DNA of 51,183 nt, from IMG/VR virus record IMGVR_UViG_3300012942_000058, positions 1-51,183 of that record, one strand, 5' to 3'. Made by a program: the position numbers and the translations under genes. This document shows, in pieces, positions 25,101 to 34,191 of the stretch; positions within the stretch are counted from its first letter, which is position 1; the number at the start of each line of letters is the position of its first letter. This DNA is from a virus. Lineage: Duplodnaviria > Caudoviricetes. Under the pieces are notes generated by a model. The model was not told the origin of the DNA and searched no databases. It worked only from the letters and a program-made list of their open reading frames with translations.

Positions 25101-27835
25101 CTGCTGCGGCGGTCAATGCAACCAAGCTCGCAGACGGCTCCGTACTAGAGGCAAAGATCGCCAACAACGCAGTCACTGTGAACAAGGTCGCCGACCTTGC
25201 GATCAGTGCGGCTAAGATCGCCAACGGCGCTGTCACCACCCTGAAGCTCGCCGACCTTGCGGTCGACGCGAGCAAGCTGGCGGCTGGCGCGGTCACGACG
25301 GCCAAGTTTGCGGCAGGGCTCACGCCTGTCGAGGTCGTGTCGACGCTGCCGACGACCGGCAACTTCGAGGGTCGGCAGGCGTATCTCACCACGGACGACA
25401 AGGTGTATCGCTACACCGGGACGGCATGGACGGCGGCGGTGGCAGCCGCGAACGTGACGGGGCAGCTGACGGACGCGCAGATAGCGGCGGTGGCTGCGGC
25501 CAAGCTGACTGGGCAGATCGCGGGAACGCAGATCAGCGACGGGGCCATATCGACCCCGAAGCTGGCGGCGGGGTCTGTCACCACGGCTGCGCTGGCGGCG
25601 GGAGCCGTGACCGCCGACGACATAGCAGCGAACGCCGTGACGACTGCCAAGCTGGCGGCTGGAGCCGTGACAGCCAACGAGCTGGCCGCGAACGCGGTGA
25701 CTGCGGACAAGATACTGGCGAATGCCATCACGACGGGCAAGATTGCGACTGGTGCCGTGACCGCGGACCAGATTGCCGCGAATGCCGTCACCACGGAGAA
25801 GATTGCCGCCAACGCCGTCGTTGCGGATAAAATTGCCGCTAACGCCGTCACCGCTCGCAATCTGGTCGTGACGGACGGGAACAACCTCGTCCCGGACAAT
25901 CAGATGCTAGATGTTGCATCTTGGGTGCTTGTCGATGCTGCGTGGAGCTATGTAGGCACCGTCGCTAGTGGTTTCGCTAATGGACGAGGATTTCAGTATA
26001 CCAAGGCTGGCGGCACAACCGGATACAGCGGCTTTCTTGGAAGCCTTCCATTTCCGGTTGTTCCTAACGAAAAATATCTTGCATCTATCCAGACTTACAG
26101 CACAGGAACCTATGGTGTCTTAGCTAGAATACAGTGGTTCAAAGTCGATGGCACCCCGGCATCGGCGGGTCAAACGGTGTTCTGTGATGCAGTCTACACG
26201 GCAGGAGGTGTTCGCACCACAGCAGCCGAAGTTCAGGTTCCTGCCGATGCGCGAACAGCAAGATGGCATGTCTATGCGAACAACGACCAGACTACTGCGG
26301 CAAACTTCCTAGTTGGTGCCCCTGTAGTAAAGCGCAAGGACGCCGCGAGCCTGATAGTGAGCGGGGGGATCCTCGCGGACTCGCTGGCGGCGAACTCGGT
26401 CACCACGGCGAAGATTGCTACCGGGGCGGTGACTGCCAACGAGATTGCGGCGGGTGCAATTGTTGCGGGTAAGATCGGGGCGGGTGCTGTCGTTGCTGCG
26501 AGTATTGCGGCAAACGCGGTCACCACCGCCGCGCTGGCCGCTGGCGCGGTGACGGCCAACGAGATCGCGGCAGGCGCCATCACGACTGCGAAGCTGGGTG
26601 CGGGCGTCGTGACTGCCAACGAGCTGGCGGCCGGAGCCGTGACAGCCGCGAAGATTGCGGCTGGCAGCGTCACCAGCGACAAGATGGTCGCGAACTCCAT
26701 CACGGCGCGGGAGCTGGTTCTCACGGACTTCTCCAACGTAGTCCCGGATGCCGACAAGATGACGGACGGCTGGACGCGGGGCGCTACTGGTGTGACTGTG
26801 GGTGGTCTGGCAGGTTCGCCGTGGCGCTCCGCTAGGGGCTTGTACTATACCAAACCCGCTGGTGCGACTGGCTACTACAATATAGGGTCCAGCCCGATCT
26901 TCTCCGTCATGGCCGGTCAGGTCTATCAGGCGTATGCGCAGATATGGGTCAATACCGGCAGTCACCAGTACTGGATACGCATACAGTGGTTCGATGCTAC
27001 AGGTGCTGCCCTGACTGGCGGAGAAGGCACGGAATACACGACCTCTGTTCCGAATGTATCCCGGACTGGGTTCGTAGATATCAACACGGAGGTCACGGTC
27101 CCCGCTACCGCTCGCTTCGGTCGCGTGGACATATACGTCCTCCAGCAGACGTTCAACGATGGCGCGATTGGCATCGTTGCGGGTCTCATGCTTCGCAAGA
27201 AGGGCGACGCGAATCTCATAGTGGACGGAGCCATCACTGCCGGGAAGATCGCTGCAAATGCTGTTACTGCTGGAAAGATCGCTGCGAATGCCGTCACAGC
27301 GGGAACGATTGCGGCAGGTGCAGTATCTGCCACTGAGATTGCTGCAGGTGCTGTCACGGCTGTCAAGATAGCAGCTAATGCAATCGTCGTCGGCAAGATA
27401 GCTGCCGACAGCATCGTGACTAACAACCTCGTGCTGGATACTGCAACAAAGGTCATATACAATGTTAAGAGCGACAGCGAGACCTTCGCCAGCTCCGGAG
27501 CTGGCTTTGTGCGCGGATGCCAGAATACTGTGGACTACACCGCAGGAGCCATATCGGGGAGCGCCACCATAAAGTTCTCGTCCAGCATCAGCAATGGAAA
27601 GATCGGCTTCTTTGTCATGGCGTCCACGGACGGAGGTACGTCCTGGACTCAGCTGGCAGGTATCGCGCTCAACAGCGACAATGTAAATAGTCCCTACAAC
27701 TTTACACTGACATACAGCATGAAGCCCGACTCAGCTGAAGAGGTTATAATAGCCCTGCAGCTAGAGAGTCAGACATCCAGTGGCACATACACATGGATCT
27801 CGGCATCCAACCTGACAACATACTTTCAGAGGTGA
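22115..27835 (+). CDS. Tail tip / host specificity protein J fused to a long fibre (decapeptide repeats, two CBM-like domains)
   Basis: TTG start after GGAGG; 'IPVVLGK', 'TNNPAD', 'HFTPRNS'; many AVTAxK(I/L)AAG repeats. Confidence 0.88.
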   Translation: MNQMIRAPLQGELLLPGDTITVSAGMHPLRASAEVLDLPSGLSLTEIVEIVEKRCHVSRLAEGADVTISGHVVDPALWSRVRVKAGAHVGIRARAGKGLGGILRSLLQIALAVVASFIVGPAGLGIAGAIGGIAGQVVAGAVYGAIMIGGGLLLNALFPPTSTKSDDQNQSYSISAGRNAASKWGAIPVVLGKIRASPKYASSAYTEFDGDDQYLRMLFVWGYGPMKIEDIKIGDTSIDEYDDVEIQTFEGYASDGQQTLYPSEVVQEDMSVQPEYDDPVKRTSAEDAVEIVLDFVAPSGLGKLNSKGKFDSRSVVFKVEMSPAGADTWTDKGTITLRGKSNKAIRQSFRYPVALGEYDIRVTRQTADSDSSKVFDDVVWSAIKSFRTAPPIDFAKPLAITALRIRATKQLNGVVDNLSAIVTSRGHSWDGTQWELDTETNNPADLFRLVLQGPANARAQPDARLDLSTIQAWADRCRAAGFVFNMYRDFTASVRDTLRDVAAAGRAIPVFRDGRWSVTWEEDTAPVVQHFTPRNSRDFRWTQTYRILPHALRCKFVNEDKDYIEDEMLVYRDGYTKENATLTEQAEFPGVTKSDLIYKHGRYRIADAEERPAVYTVTVDFEHLVSQRADRVAVGHDIIRQGLCSGRIRAIAGQVLTLDEPAPMEAGKLYGIRIRREDGSSVVRQVTTQAGVHDQITIVGAVPEVGDLYTFGPRDHETGIYRILAIRPGEDLSAEVDLVDDGENVQAGDSDTDIPGTSNEPPSPLAVYRPTNLRAEGFVETITTGNRYNVRLYWEAVVGPEYQSFEAVAISSETTWRVVVDGQTRACDFRNMQTDTWEFQVRAILADGRPTPPSDTLVLAVDVPWDDLGVDGSNVIDGTLSITKFADDITPVELGEGDPSDADPNNFEGRTYVNTLTGVLWTYHDGHWGHIEADVLDDSITTAKLADSAVTADKLMNAAVTALKIADSAVQANKIATGAVLESKLADNAVTVNKIAAAAVNATKLADGSVLEAKIANNAVTVNKVADLAISAAKIANGAVTTLKLADLAVDASKLAAGAVTTAKFAAGLTPVEVVSTLPTTGNFEGRQAYLTTDDKVYRYTGTAWTAAVAAANVTGQLTDAQIAAVAAAKLTGQIAGTQISDGAISTPKLAAGSVTTAALAAGAVTADDIAANAVTTAKLAAGAVTANELAANAVTADKILANAITTGKIATGAVTADQIAANAVTTEKIAANAVVADKIAANAVTARNLVVTDGNNLVPDNQMLDVASWVLVDAAWSYVGTVASGFANGRGFQYTKAGGTTGYSGFLGSLPFPVVPNEKYLASIQTYSTGTYGVLARIQWFKVDGTPASAGQTVFCDAVYTAGGVRTTAAEVQVPADARTARWHVYANNDQTTAANFLVGAPVVKRKDAASLIVSGGILADSLAANSVTTAKIATGAVTANEIAAGAIVAGKIGAGAVVAASIAANAVTTAALAAGAVTANEIAAGAITTAKLGAGVVTANELAAGAVTAAKIAAGSVTSDKMVANSITARELVLTDFSNVVPDADKMTDGWTRGATGVTVGGLAGSPWRSARGLYYTKPAGATGYYNIGSSPIFSVMAGQVYQAYAQIWVNTGSHQYWIRIQWFDATGAALTGGEGTEYTTSVPNVSRTGFVDINTEVTVPATARFGRVDIYVLQQTFNDGAIGIVAGLMLRKKGDANLIVDGAITAGKIAANAVTAGKIAANAVTAGTIAAGAVSATEIAAGAVTAVKIAANAIVVGKIAADSIVTNNLVLDTATKVIYNVKSDSETFASSGAGFVRGCQNTVDYTAGAISGSATIKFSSSISNGKIGFFVMASTDGGTSWTQLAGIALNSDNVNSPYNFTLTYSMKPDSAEEVIIALQLESQTSSGTYTWISASNLTTYFQR

Positions 27836-27838
27836 TAG

Positions 27839-28282
27839 ATGCGCCAGCTGTATGCAGTCTACCTGGAGTCCACCGGACGAGTGGTCGGAGCAAAGGTGTG
27901 CGCAGAGGAGGATGCCGCGCGTCAGGAGACCGGCGAGGTGCGTCTTCTGGCGCTGTGCCCGGAGGACGAGATGACAGACCGAGGACTCGCGATGGAGAGT
28001 GTGTCCGGACACCGCGTGGTAGGAAGGGGCAGCGACGCGACACTCGAGCCGCTGATCGTGCTTCCGGAGCCTAGCTCGGTTCATGTATCCGCGAGTGAGC
28101 CGGTCGTCTGGACGAGTCTGCCAGAGAACACGCAGATACTTGTAGATGGCGAGCTGATTGGTCTTGTGGAGAGTGACGGCAGGGTGGAGCTGGAGCTCCC
28201 GGTCCCCTCGGTCTACAGGGTAGAGCTGAGACCTGCGCACACATATGCTGCTGCCAGCTGGGAGGTGACTGTCGATGGTTAG
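27839..28282 (+). CDS. Hypothetical tail-associated protein
   Basis: GAGGT SD; follows the fibre gene. Confidence 0.65.
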   Translation: MRQLYAVYLESTGRVVGAKVCAEEDAARQETGEVRLLALCPEDEMTDRGLAMESVSGHRVVGRGSDATLEPLIVLPEPSSVHVSASEPVVWTSLPENTQILVDGELIGLVESDGRVELELPVPSVYRVELRPAHTYAAASWEVTVDG

Positions 28283-28682
28283 GCTGACCTACGCTCCCGA
28301 TCTCGTGGCTCTTCGGGCCGAGGCCGCAGCCAGAGTAGATGCCGAGGCCGAGAAGGTGCGGGGGCTATTCGTGACTCTTGGCTCAGGACAGGCCATGGTG
28401 TATCAGGAGAAGCGCGTCGAGGCAGAGCTTGTTCTGGGAGCAGAGGCCGAGCCAGCCGCGCAGCTTATTCCCCACATAGCTGCGGAGGCAGCCGCGAGCG
28501 GGGTCTCCGTGCGGGAGAAGGCCGAGGAGATCATGGCTGTGTCGCGACAGTGGACGCAGGTGTCGTCAGTCATAGAGGAGATAAGACTCGCAGCCAAGGC
28601 TGCCATAGCAGCAGCGAAATCCCCGGATGCCATCGCAGCAGCAGCCGAGGCCGACTGGTCGCGAGCGGAGAGTATGCGGTGA
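28275..28682 (+). CDS. Putative tail fibre assembly chaperone
   Basis: 'VDAEAE..R...T.GSGQAMVYQEK..EA', 'IEEIRLAAK'. Confidence 0.65.
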   Translation: MVRLTYAPDLVALRAEAAARVDAEAEKVRGLFVTLGSGQAMVYQEKRVEAELVLGAEAEPAAQLIPHIAAEAAASGVSVREKAEEIMAVSRQWTQVSSVIEEIRLAAKAAIAAAKSPDAIAAAAEADWSRAESMR

Positions 28683-29182
28683 GGTGGGTTCTCCTGATTC
28701 TTGTCTCCGCGCTCTGCGCCTGCTCGAGAACTGATGCCGGTCTTCTAAGCGACAGCAGATACATGGGTCCGAGCTGTGTTGTCGGTCGTCCCTGCGTGAT
28801 TCGCAAGGATCTAGGCGGATATGTTGTTGTGTACAAAGATCTCGCGCGCAAGATAGTTGAGAATCGCATAGAGCTACGGATCGACGGGGTCTGCGCCTCG
28901 GCATGCACGATACTCGCTGATCAGGCGCGGCCCTGGGTCTGCGTAACTCCCAGAGCAGTGCTGAAGTTTCACAAGTCGAAGGATCTTGCCGGTCCGACGA
29001 AGGGACGAAGGAGCCAGGTCGGGTTCTCTCCGGCGGTCGAGCGCTGGATTGCGATCAGAGGTGGCCTTCCCTCCGACGGACTGCTCGTGATGAGCTATGC
29101 GCAGGCGCGCCAGCTCTGGCCAGAGTGCTCCGTAGACCTCGACATTACGCATGCCACCCCACACCAGACGACTCATTCCTAG
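28679..29182 (+). CDS. Putative lipoprotein with IDGxCxSACT motif
   Basis: GTG start; hydrophobic signal ending LCAC; 'DLGG', 'RIDGVCASACT', 'FH'. Confidence 0.6.
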   Translation: MRWVLLILVSALCACSRTDAGLLSDSRYMGPSCVVGRPCVIRKDLGGYVVVYKDLARKIVENRIELRIDGVCASACTILADQARPWVCVTPRAVLKFHKSKDLAGPTKGRRSQVGFSPAVERWIAIRGGLPSDGLLVMSYAQARQLWPECSVDLDITHATPHQTTHS

Positions 29183-29191
29183 GAGATAACT

Positions 29192-29473
29192 GTGAGAAAC
29201 ATAGACAATCTGACACCAGAGATGCAGCAGCTGATGCAGGAGGAACAGAGCGACTCTGCGCAGGCAAGCTACATCGAGGCACTGAAGATCCAGAGAGATC
29301 GCTGGGAGCAGGAGTGCGTCGAGGCACAGGCCGAGGTTCGTCGGCTCCGGCGCAACAACAGGATTCTTCAGCTGCGGATCGAGCAGCTGGAGGCCGAAAC
29401 CGAGAGCGCGGAGCAGCCGCCTCCGCCCTCCCCGGACGTAGCCCTGGCGGCGGACAAGAAGAGGAAGCACTGA
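29192..29473 (+). CDS. Hypothetical coiled-coil protein
   Basis: AGGAG SD, GTG start. Confidence 0.6.
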   Translation: MRNIDNLTPEMQQLMQEEQSDSAQASYIEALKIQRDRWEQECVEAQAEVRRLRRNNRILQLRIEQLEAETESAEQPPPPSPDVALAADKKRKH

Positions 29474-29474
29474 C

Positions 29475-29720
29475 ATGGCGTACAAGGTGATGATGAAGAC
29501 TGGGCAGACGGTGACGATCGCAGATGCTGTGCGAGCGGAGACGGACGGGTCCGGAACGCGACTCTACTCCGAGGACGGCAGCATGGTGTCGTCGTTCTCC
29601 GACGGAAGCGTGTCGGCCGTCTTTCCGGCCGACAGCGAGGTGGAGCAGCCGGCAGCTCCGGCGGATGTCCCGGAGCCCGACTCGGAGCCCAAGAGCGAGA
29701 GCAAGAAGAGCTCCAAGTAG
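29475..29720 (+). CDS. Hypothetical protein
   Basis: 81 aa, tightly packed with neighbours. Confidence 0.6.
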   Translation: MAYKVMMKTGQTVTIADAVRAETDGSGTRLYSEDGSMVSSFSDGSVSAVFPADSEVEQPAAPADVPEPDSEPKSESKKSSK

Positions 29721-29725
29721 ACAGC

Positions 29726-29754
29726 TATTCACGGCGGCTCCGAGGCGCTATAAG
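29726..29754 (+). promoter_or_regulatory. Putative promoter TATTC-N16-GCTATAAG before the lysis cassette
   Basis: Recurring motif with the same spacing. Confidence 0.45.
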
Positions 29755-29782
29755 TAGCCGGGTCGCCTCGGAGGTCGCAGAC

Positions 29783-30643
29783 GTGACAATACTCGACACA
29801 GGATTCGTGGGGGAGGCGAGGAGAATCGACGACGTCGACCTCCCCCGCATCGCCTCCGCCATCGGAGCGGGGGAGGACGAGCTTCACGCGTTCATAGACG
29901 TGGAGACCGGGGGCGGCGACGGGTTCGACTCGCGAGACAGGCCGACTGCTCTGTACGAGCCGCACGTGGCCTACCGCTGCTCGTCGGGCGCGACGCGCTC
30001 GGCTCTCGTGGCGGCGGGCCTCGCCTACCAGAATTGGGGAGAGCAGCCCTACCCGAAGGACAGCTATCCGCGCATCCTGGCCGCCGCGAGAATCGATCTG
30101 CGCGTTGCCTGCCTGGCCACGTCCTGGGGCATGACGCAGATCCTGGGCGAGAACTATGCCATGTGCGGGTACGACTCGCCAGAGGCGATGGTCGGGGCGT
30201 TCATGGACGACGCCGAGCATCATCTGGAGGCCTGCGTCCAGTTCCTGATCGCCTCGGGAATAGCCGACGACCTCGTGGCGCACCGCTGGGCAGTCGTGGC
30301 GCGAGTCTACAACGGACCCGGCTACGCCAAGAACAGCTACGACACGAAGATGGCGGCGCGGTTCGCGTGGTGGGCTAAGATTCCCGACACACCCTACCTT
30401 CCGTCGGAGGGTCCTGTGGCTGGCTACGAGCGCCCTGTGCTCCGCCGCAACGCCCGAGGTGCGGACGTGGTGGCGCTTCAGCAGCTGCTGATCGCCTCCG
30501 GTCTGCAGATCGCGGCCGACGGAGACTTTGGTCCGCGCACCGAGGGGGCGGTCAAGACGTTCCAGGGCCGCGCGGGTCTGACGATGGACGGCATCGTCGG
30601 CAGGAGAACCTGGACGGCACTCGACTCTGCAGTGTCCGTCTAG
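29783..30643 (+). CDS. Endolysin: N-acetylmuramidase (DUF3380-like) plus C-terminal peptidoglycan-binding domain
   Basis: 'DVET.G.GF', 'LYEPH', 'TSWGMTQILGENY', 'YNGPGY..N.YD'; 'ADGDFGPRTE.AVK.FQ...GL..DGIVG..TW.AL'. Confidence 0.92.
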   Translation: MTILDTGFVGEARRIDDVDLPRIASAIGAGEDELHAFIDVETGGGDGFDSRDRPTALYEPHVAYRCSSGATRSALVAAGLAYQNWGEQPYPKDSYPRILAAARIDLRVACLATSWGMTQILGENYAMCGYDSPEAMVGAFMDDAEHHLEACVQFLIASGIADDLVAHRWAVVARVYNGPGYAKNSYDTKMAARFAWWAKIPDTPYLPSEGPVAGYERPVLRRNARGADVVALQQLLIASGLQIAADGDFGPRTEGAVKTFQGRAGLTMDGIVGRRTWTALDSAVSV

Positions 30644-30686
30644 TCACCGAGTCGGCCGGCTGCCGATACTACGAAGGAGAAGTAGA

Positions 30687-31022
30687 ATGAAGAGACTCGC
30701 ATCACTCGCGCTGGCGCTCTGTGCCGTCGCGGCAGTCATGCTCGTGTCCGGCTGCACCACCGTCCAGAATGCGGACGACGCTGCCCAGAAGGTCCTGAGC
30801 TACGCCTGCCCGGCTCTGGAGACGGCCTACGTCAGCCTCACTGCCTACCAGTCCGCTGGTGGCTCCGTGTCCGACAGGGACATGGCGACGGCTCAGGCTG
30901 CGTACGACCTCGGGCAGCAGACCTGCGCCAAGGTGAAGGCCGGAACCGCTACCGCCCAGGACGCACTCGTTCTCGTAGTCAGCGAGACGGCGGTGCTGTC
31001 CCGGATCATCAGGAAGCACTAG
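30687..31022 (+). CDS. Lipoprotein in the lysis cassette (possible spanin component)
   Basis: Signal peptide with lipobox VSGC; AAGGAG SD. Confidence 0.65.
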   Translation: MKRLASLALALCAVAAVMLVSGCTTVQNADDAAQKVLSYACPALETAYVSLTAYQSAGGSVSDRDMATAQAAYDLGQQTCAKVKAGTATAQDALVLVVSETAVLSRIIRKH

Positions 31023-31059
31023 GTCGCTCTCGGCGGCCTCCAGAAGAAGGAGCCAGCTC

Positions 31060-31410
31060 ATGCTGGACAAGATCCTCAATCCCATCACCACAGCGTCCTC
31101 CGTCGGGGTGGCGCTGAGGTACATCTCGACGATCGTTGGCTCCGTGCTGACGATTCTCGGTGTACTCGGACTGCTCTCGCAGGAGCAGGTCGACACCATC
31201 ACGGCGCAGATGCCCCAGATCGTCTCGGCGATCGGTGCTCTCGTGGCCGTGTGCGTACCGATCTACGCCATCTTCACCAAGTCCAGCTCCGACAAGGCTG
31301 CGGAGGTGGCCAAGGTCGTGGACCAGACTATCCCCGAGAAGGAGCCAGTGCTAGTCAAGTCGGCCAGCGTGGCGGCCTCCCCGGAGGTCGTCGTCCCGGC
31401 CAAGAAGTAG
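31060..31410 (+). CDS. Putative holin
   Basis: Two hydrophobic segments, charged C-terminus, next to the endolysin. Confidence 0.65.
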   Translation: MLDKILNPITTASSVGVALRYISTIVGSVLTILGVLGLLSQEQVDTITAQMPQIVSAIGALVAVCVPIYAIFTKSSSDKAAEVAKVVDQTIPEKEPVLVKSASVAASPEVVVPAKK

Positions 31411-31420
31411 GGGTGCTGTC

Positions 31421-31747
31421 GTGGGTGGGCTGGACGATCTCGCAGTCGACACTGTCGGCAAGTTCAACGACGGCAGTGTTCTCGGGGCTCTGTGCGTTCT
31501 CCTAATGCTGCTGATCATCTACCGAGAGGGCTGGTTCTGGCCCCGTCAGGTGGCGAAGCTGGAGGAGGAGAACGACAGGTCCCACGAGGCCCACGACAAG
31601 ACTCGCGACGCACTCCTGGACGAGGTGCGCAAGGGCGGGGAGATGCTGGTGCTGGTGAAGGAGCAGCTTCGTGCTCAGCAGCAGGCAGTAGACTCGTTCA
31701 TGAAGCTCGCCACCGAGTGGAGGAGCAGAAGAGGAGACAGCACATGA
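31421..31747 (+). CDS. Membrane protein (one TM plus coiled coil)
   Basis: 'VLGALCVLLMLLIIY' followed by a charged helix. Confidence 0.6.
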   Translation: MGGLDDLAVDTVGKFNDGSVLGALCVLLMLLIIYREGWFWPRQVAKLEEENDRSHEAHDKTRDALLDEVRKGGEMLVLVKEQLRAQQQAVDSFMKLATEWRSRRGDST

Positions 31748-31959
31748 GCTGGATTACCAGGATCTTCTGCGCTCCCCGACGGGAGACCCGACGGTCCGAG
31801 AACAAGACGGCCGAGCGCGCGCTGGCAGAGAGCCTCATCGAGGAGCATCGGCGGGCAAACGACACGGCACTCACCGCTCTCAAGAGGGAGGTGCCGGTGT
31901 CCAACCGAAGATACGCCGTAGCGATGGACCGAGCTGTGTCCATCATCAGAGGAGAGTAG
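31744..31959 (+). CDS. Hypothetical protein
   Basis: ATGA overlap, GAGGAG SD. Confidence 0.55.
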   Translation: MSWITRIFCAPRRETRRSENKTAERALAESLIEEHRRANDTALTALKREVPVSNRRYAVAMDRAVSIIRGE

Positions 31960-31962
31960 ACA

Positions 31963-32514
31963 ATGCCTGTTCATCTCAGCTCTCATCGCCTGCTGTCGTG
32001 GGTGCTGGGGCTCACGGCGGCTTACTGGATGATCGGCCTGCTGTCCGACCACCTCTGGTACTCCGTGGTGATCTCCGCATGCCTCTTCGTAGGCGGGGTG
32101 TTCGTGGCTGCTCGGGCTGTACCCGACGCAGTCTCCATCGTCAAGAACGACGAGATAGGCCCCGGAGAGCTCGCGGTGATAGCCCTTGCCCTCATGTCGG
32201 CGGGAGCCGTCTGGGCCGGAGCCTTCAACGTGGTGTATGCCTACTACGGTCGTCCGCTGTCGTGGATCGGCCCGCTGTCGTCCTTCGGCAGAGCGATGAC
32301 TGCGGCGGGCTTCTTCACGGTGTTCCTGTCTCCGGAGGCCACCCGACAGGGAGTCGTGTGGCCTCGGTGGTACATACTGCTCGCCGCAGCCGCTGTCATC
32401 GCCGTGGTGTCCTTCCTCATAGGCTATACCGTGAGCGGCGGAGACGAGAAGAGCGCTCTGTTCGACATGACTCGCAGAGCGCCTATCGCATACGCGGCGC
32501 GGACCACGACCTAG
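31963..32514 (+). CDS. Multi-pass membrane protein
   Basis: About five hydrophobic segments; GAGGAG SD. Confidence 0.7.
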   Translation: MPVHLSSHRLLSWVLGLTAAYWMIGLLSDHLWYSVVISACLFVGGVFVAARAVPDAVSIVKNDEIGPGELAVIALALMSAGAVWAGAFNVVYAYYGRPLSWIGPLSSFGRAMTAAGFFTVFLSPEATRQGVVWPRWYILLAAAAVIAVVSFLIGYTVSGGDEKSALFDMTRRAPIAYAARTTT

Positions 32515-32600
32515 CTCGTCCGTGCGACCGCCTGCCAGGACCGCTGGTAGCTCGCAAGAAGGCTGCGGACGCGCCGGGCTCGGACCGCTACTCCACAGTC

Positions 32601-34079
32601 CTATATCCAGGCCTCCAGGCCGTCTCCCATGACGGCCTGAGCCACCTGCTTGTGGGACCTCAGAGTGGAGATGATCTTCTCGTCCGGGGTTCCGGGGGCA
32701 ACGATGTCCCAGTAGACGACCGTGCCAACAGTGCCGATGCGGTGTGTGCGGTCCTCGCTCTGCTCGCGCAGCTCCAGCGACGTGCTGTTGGAGTAGTAGA
32801 TCACGCAGGTCCCTGTCGTCCAGGTGCGGCCTCGTGCCCCGGCGCTCTGCGTCGCCACCATGAAGCGACGCCTCCCCTCCTGAAACTCCGTCTCCATGGC
32901 CTCTCGCGCACCCATGCTGTGCGCTCCGGTCCACTCCGACACAGAGTCCTCCCCGTAAAGCCGCCTCAGCTCCTGAGCAACATAGTCCGCGTCGGGTCGG
33001 TATCCGCACCAGATCACGACCGACTCGCTGGTGGCGTCCACTATCTCCAGCAGCGCCCTCAGTCGGTTGCTCTGCAGACGCATGACCCTCCTGTCGTCGG
33101 TGGTCACGTGGCCGCACACGACCTGATGCATGCGCATGAGCTGCGTCATGACAATCTCCGTCGTCACCTCCGAGCCGTCGCGCAGCACGGCCATTGCGCT
33201 CGTCCGCAGGTCCCTGTACACCTTCTTCTGCTCGTCGGTCAGCTCCACCTCTCTGCGTCGGTACTGCTTCGGCTCCAGATCGAGGCAGTCCTTCTTGCGG
33301 CGGCGGAACGAGTGCCGAGCCACGATCTCGGCCAGCTCGCTGGTGTTTCGCGGACCCTTCTCCACCTTTACGGAGCGACCGCCGACGAAGATCTCTCTCA
33401 GGTCGCAGAACCTTGCCCGGAACACAGAGAACTTGTGGTATCCCAGAAGATTCTGGCCGGGGCGGCTCAGGAACTCGAACTGAGCCCACGCGTCAGACTG
33501 AGACGAGGTCACGAGAGAGCCGGTGAGTATCCGTCGCATCGTGGCGAGCCGTCGCAGACGCAGGCAGATCTTGGTGCGGTGCGACTGAGGGTTCTTCACG
33601 AGGGTACTCTCGTCAATGGCGATCATGGTTCGGTGCGCCTTCAGGAAGTCCAGGCACAGGTCGGTGGCATCTCCGGTAGAGGCCAGAGCCTCGACGTTGA
33701 CCACGAGTATGCGCGGGCCGGGCTCCATCGTGTCCAGCAGCCTGCGCCTCTCCTCGCGGTCCTGCCGCACGCGCCCACTGCGATACGTGTATACACGTGC
33801 GTTCTTACTGTGCTGGGACCACAGCCACCTCTGCAGCTCCCCGGGATTCTCGCGGTCCTGCCGAGTCCAGTTGGAGTAGACCGACTTGGGCGCGATCACC
33901 AGAAGTCCGTCGACGCGGGACTCCGCATAGTTGATGCAGAAGTCGTCGATGGTGACTCTCGTCTTGCCGAGGCCCATCTCCAGGAGATAGGCAAAGCCCT
34001 CCTGCTGCCAGCCCTTCTCCAGGGCCTCCCTCTGGTGGGCGAGCGGGGGTGTGTCGGGGGTGTAGGTTTGTGGTAGCAT
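32601..34079 (-). CDS. SNF2-family (SF2) helicase
   Basis: 'EMGLGKT', 'IDES', 'LTGS', 'QSEDRTHRIG'. Confidence 0.92.
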   Translation of the reverse strand: MLPQTYTPDTPPLAHQREALEKGWQQEGFAYLLEMGLGKTRVTIDDFCINYAESRVDGLLVIAPKSVYSNWTRQDRENPGELQRWLWSQHSKNARVYTYRSGRVRQDREERRRLLDTMEPGPRILVVNVEALASTGDATDLCLDFLKAHRTMIAIDESTLVKNPQSHRTKICLRLRRLATMRRILTGSLVTSSQSDAWAQFEFLSRPGQNLLGYHKFSVFRARFCDLREIFVGGRSVKVEKGPRNTSELAEIVARHSFRRRKKDCLDLEPKQYRRREVELTDEQKKVYRDLRTSAMAVLRDGSEVTTEIVMTQLMRMHQVVCGHVTTDDRRVMRLQSNRLRALLEIVDATSESVVIWCGYRPDADYVAQELRRLYGEDSVSEWTGAHSMGAREAMETEFQEGRRRFMVATQSAGARGRTWTTGTCVIYYSNSTSLELREQSEDRTHRIGTVGTVVYWDIVAPGTPDEKIISTLRSHKQVAQAVMGDGLEAWI

Positions 34080-34099
34080 GACGTCTCCTTTCGTCCCAA

Positions 34100-34128
34100 A
34101 GTATAGTCTGCGGGGGCTGCCGGGGCTA
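34100..34128 (-). promoter_or_regulatory. Putative promoter TAGCC-N16-ACTATACT for the SNF2 helicase
   Basis: Recurring motif on the minus strand upstream of an AAAGGAG SD. Confidence 0.55.
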
Positions 34129-34191
34129 TCAGCTAAAGTCGGAGCCCGAGGAGTCGCTGGGAGCCGGTACGGAGGCCGTGGTTACTAGCGA

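Noticed and set aside
24920-27420. 30-bp periodic repeats as a CRISPR array or DGR template/variable repeats
   Set aside because: They are degenerate coding decapeptide repeats with no unique spacers; no reverse transcriptase or adenine-specific mismatch pair is visible
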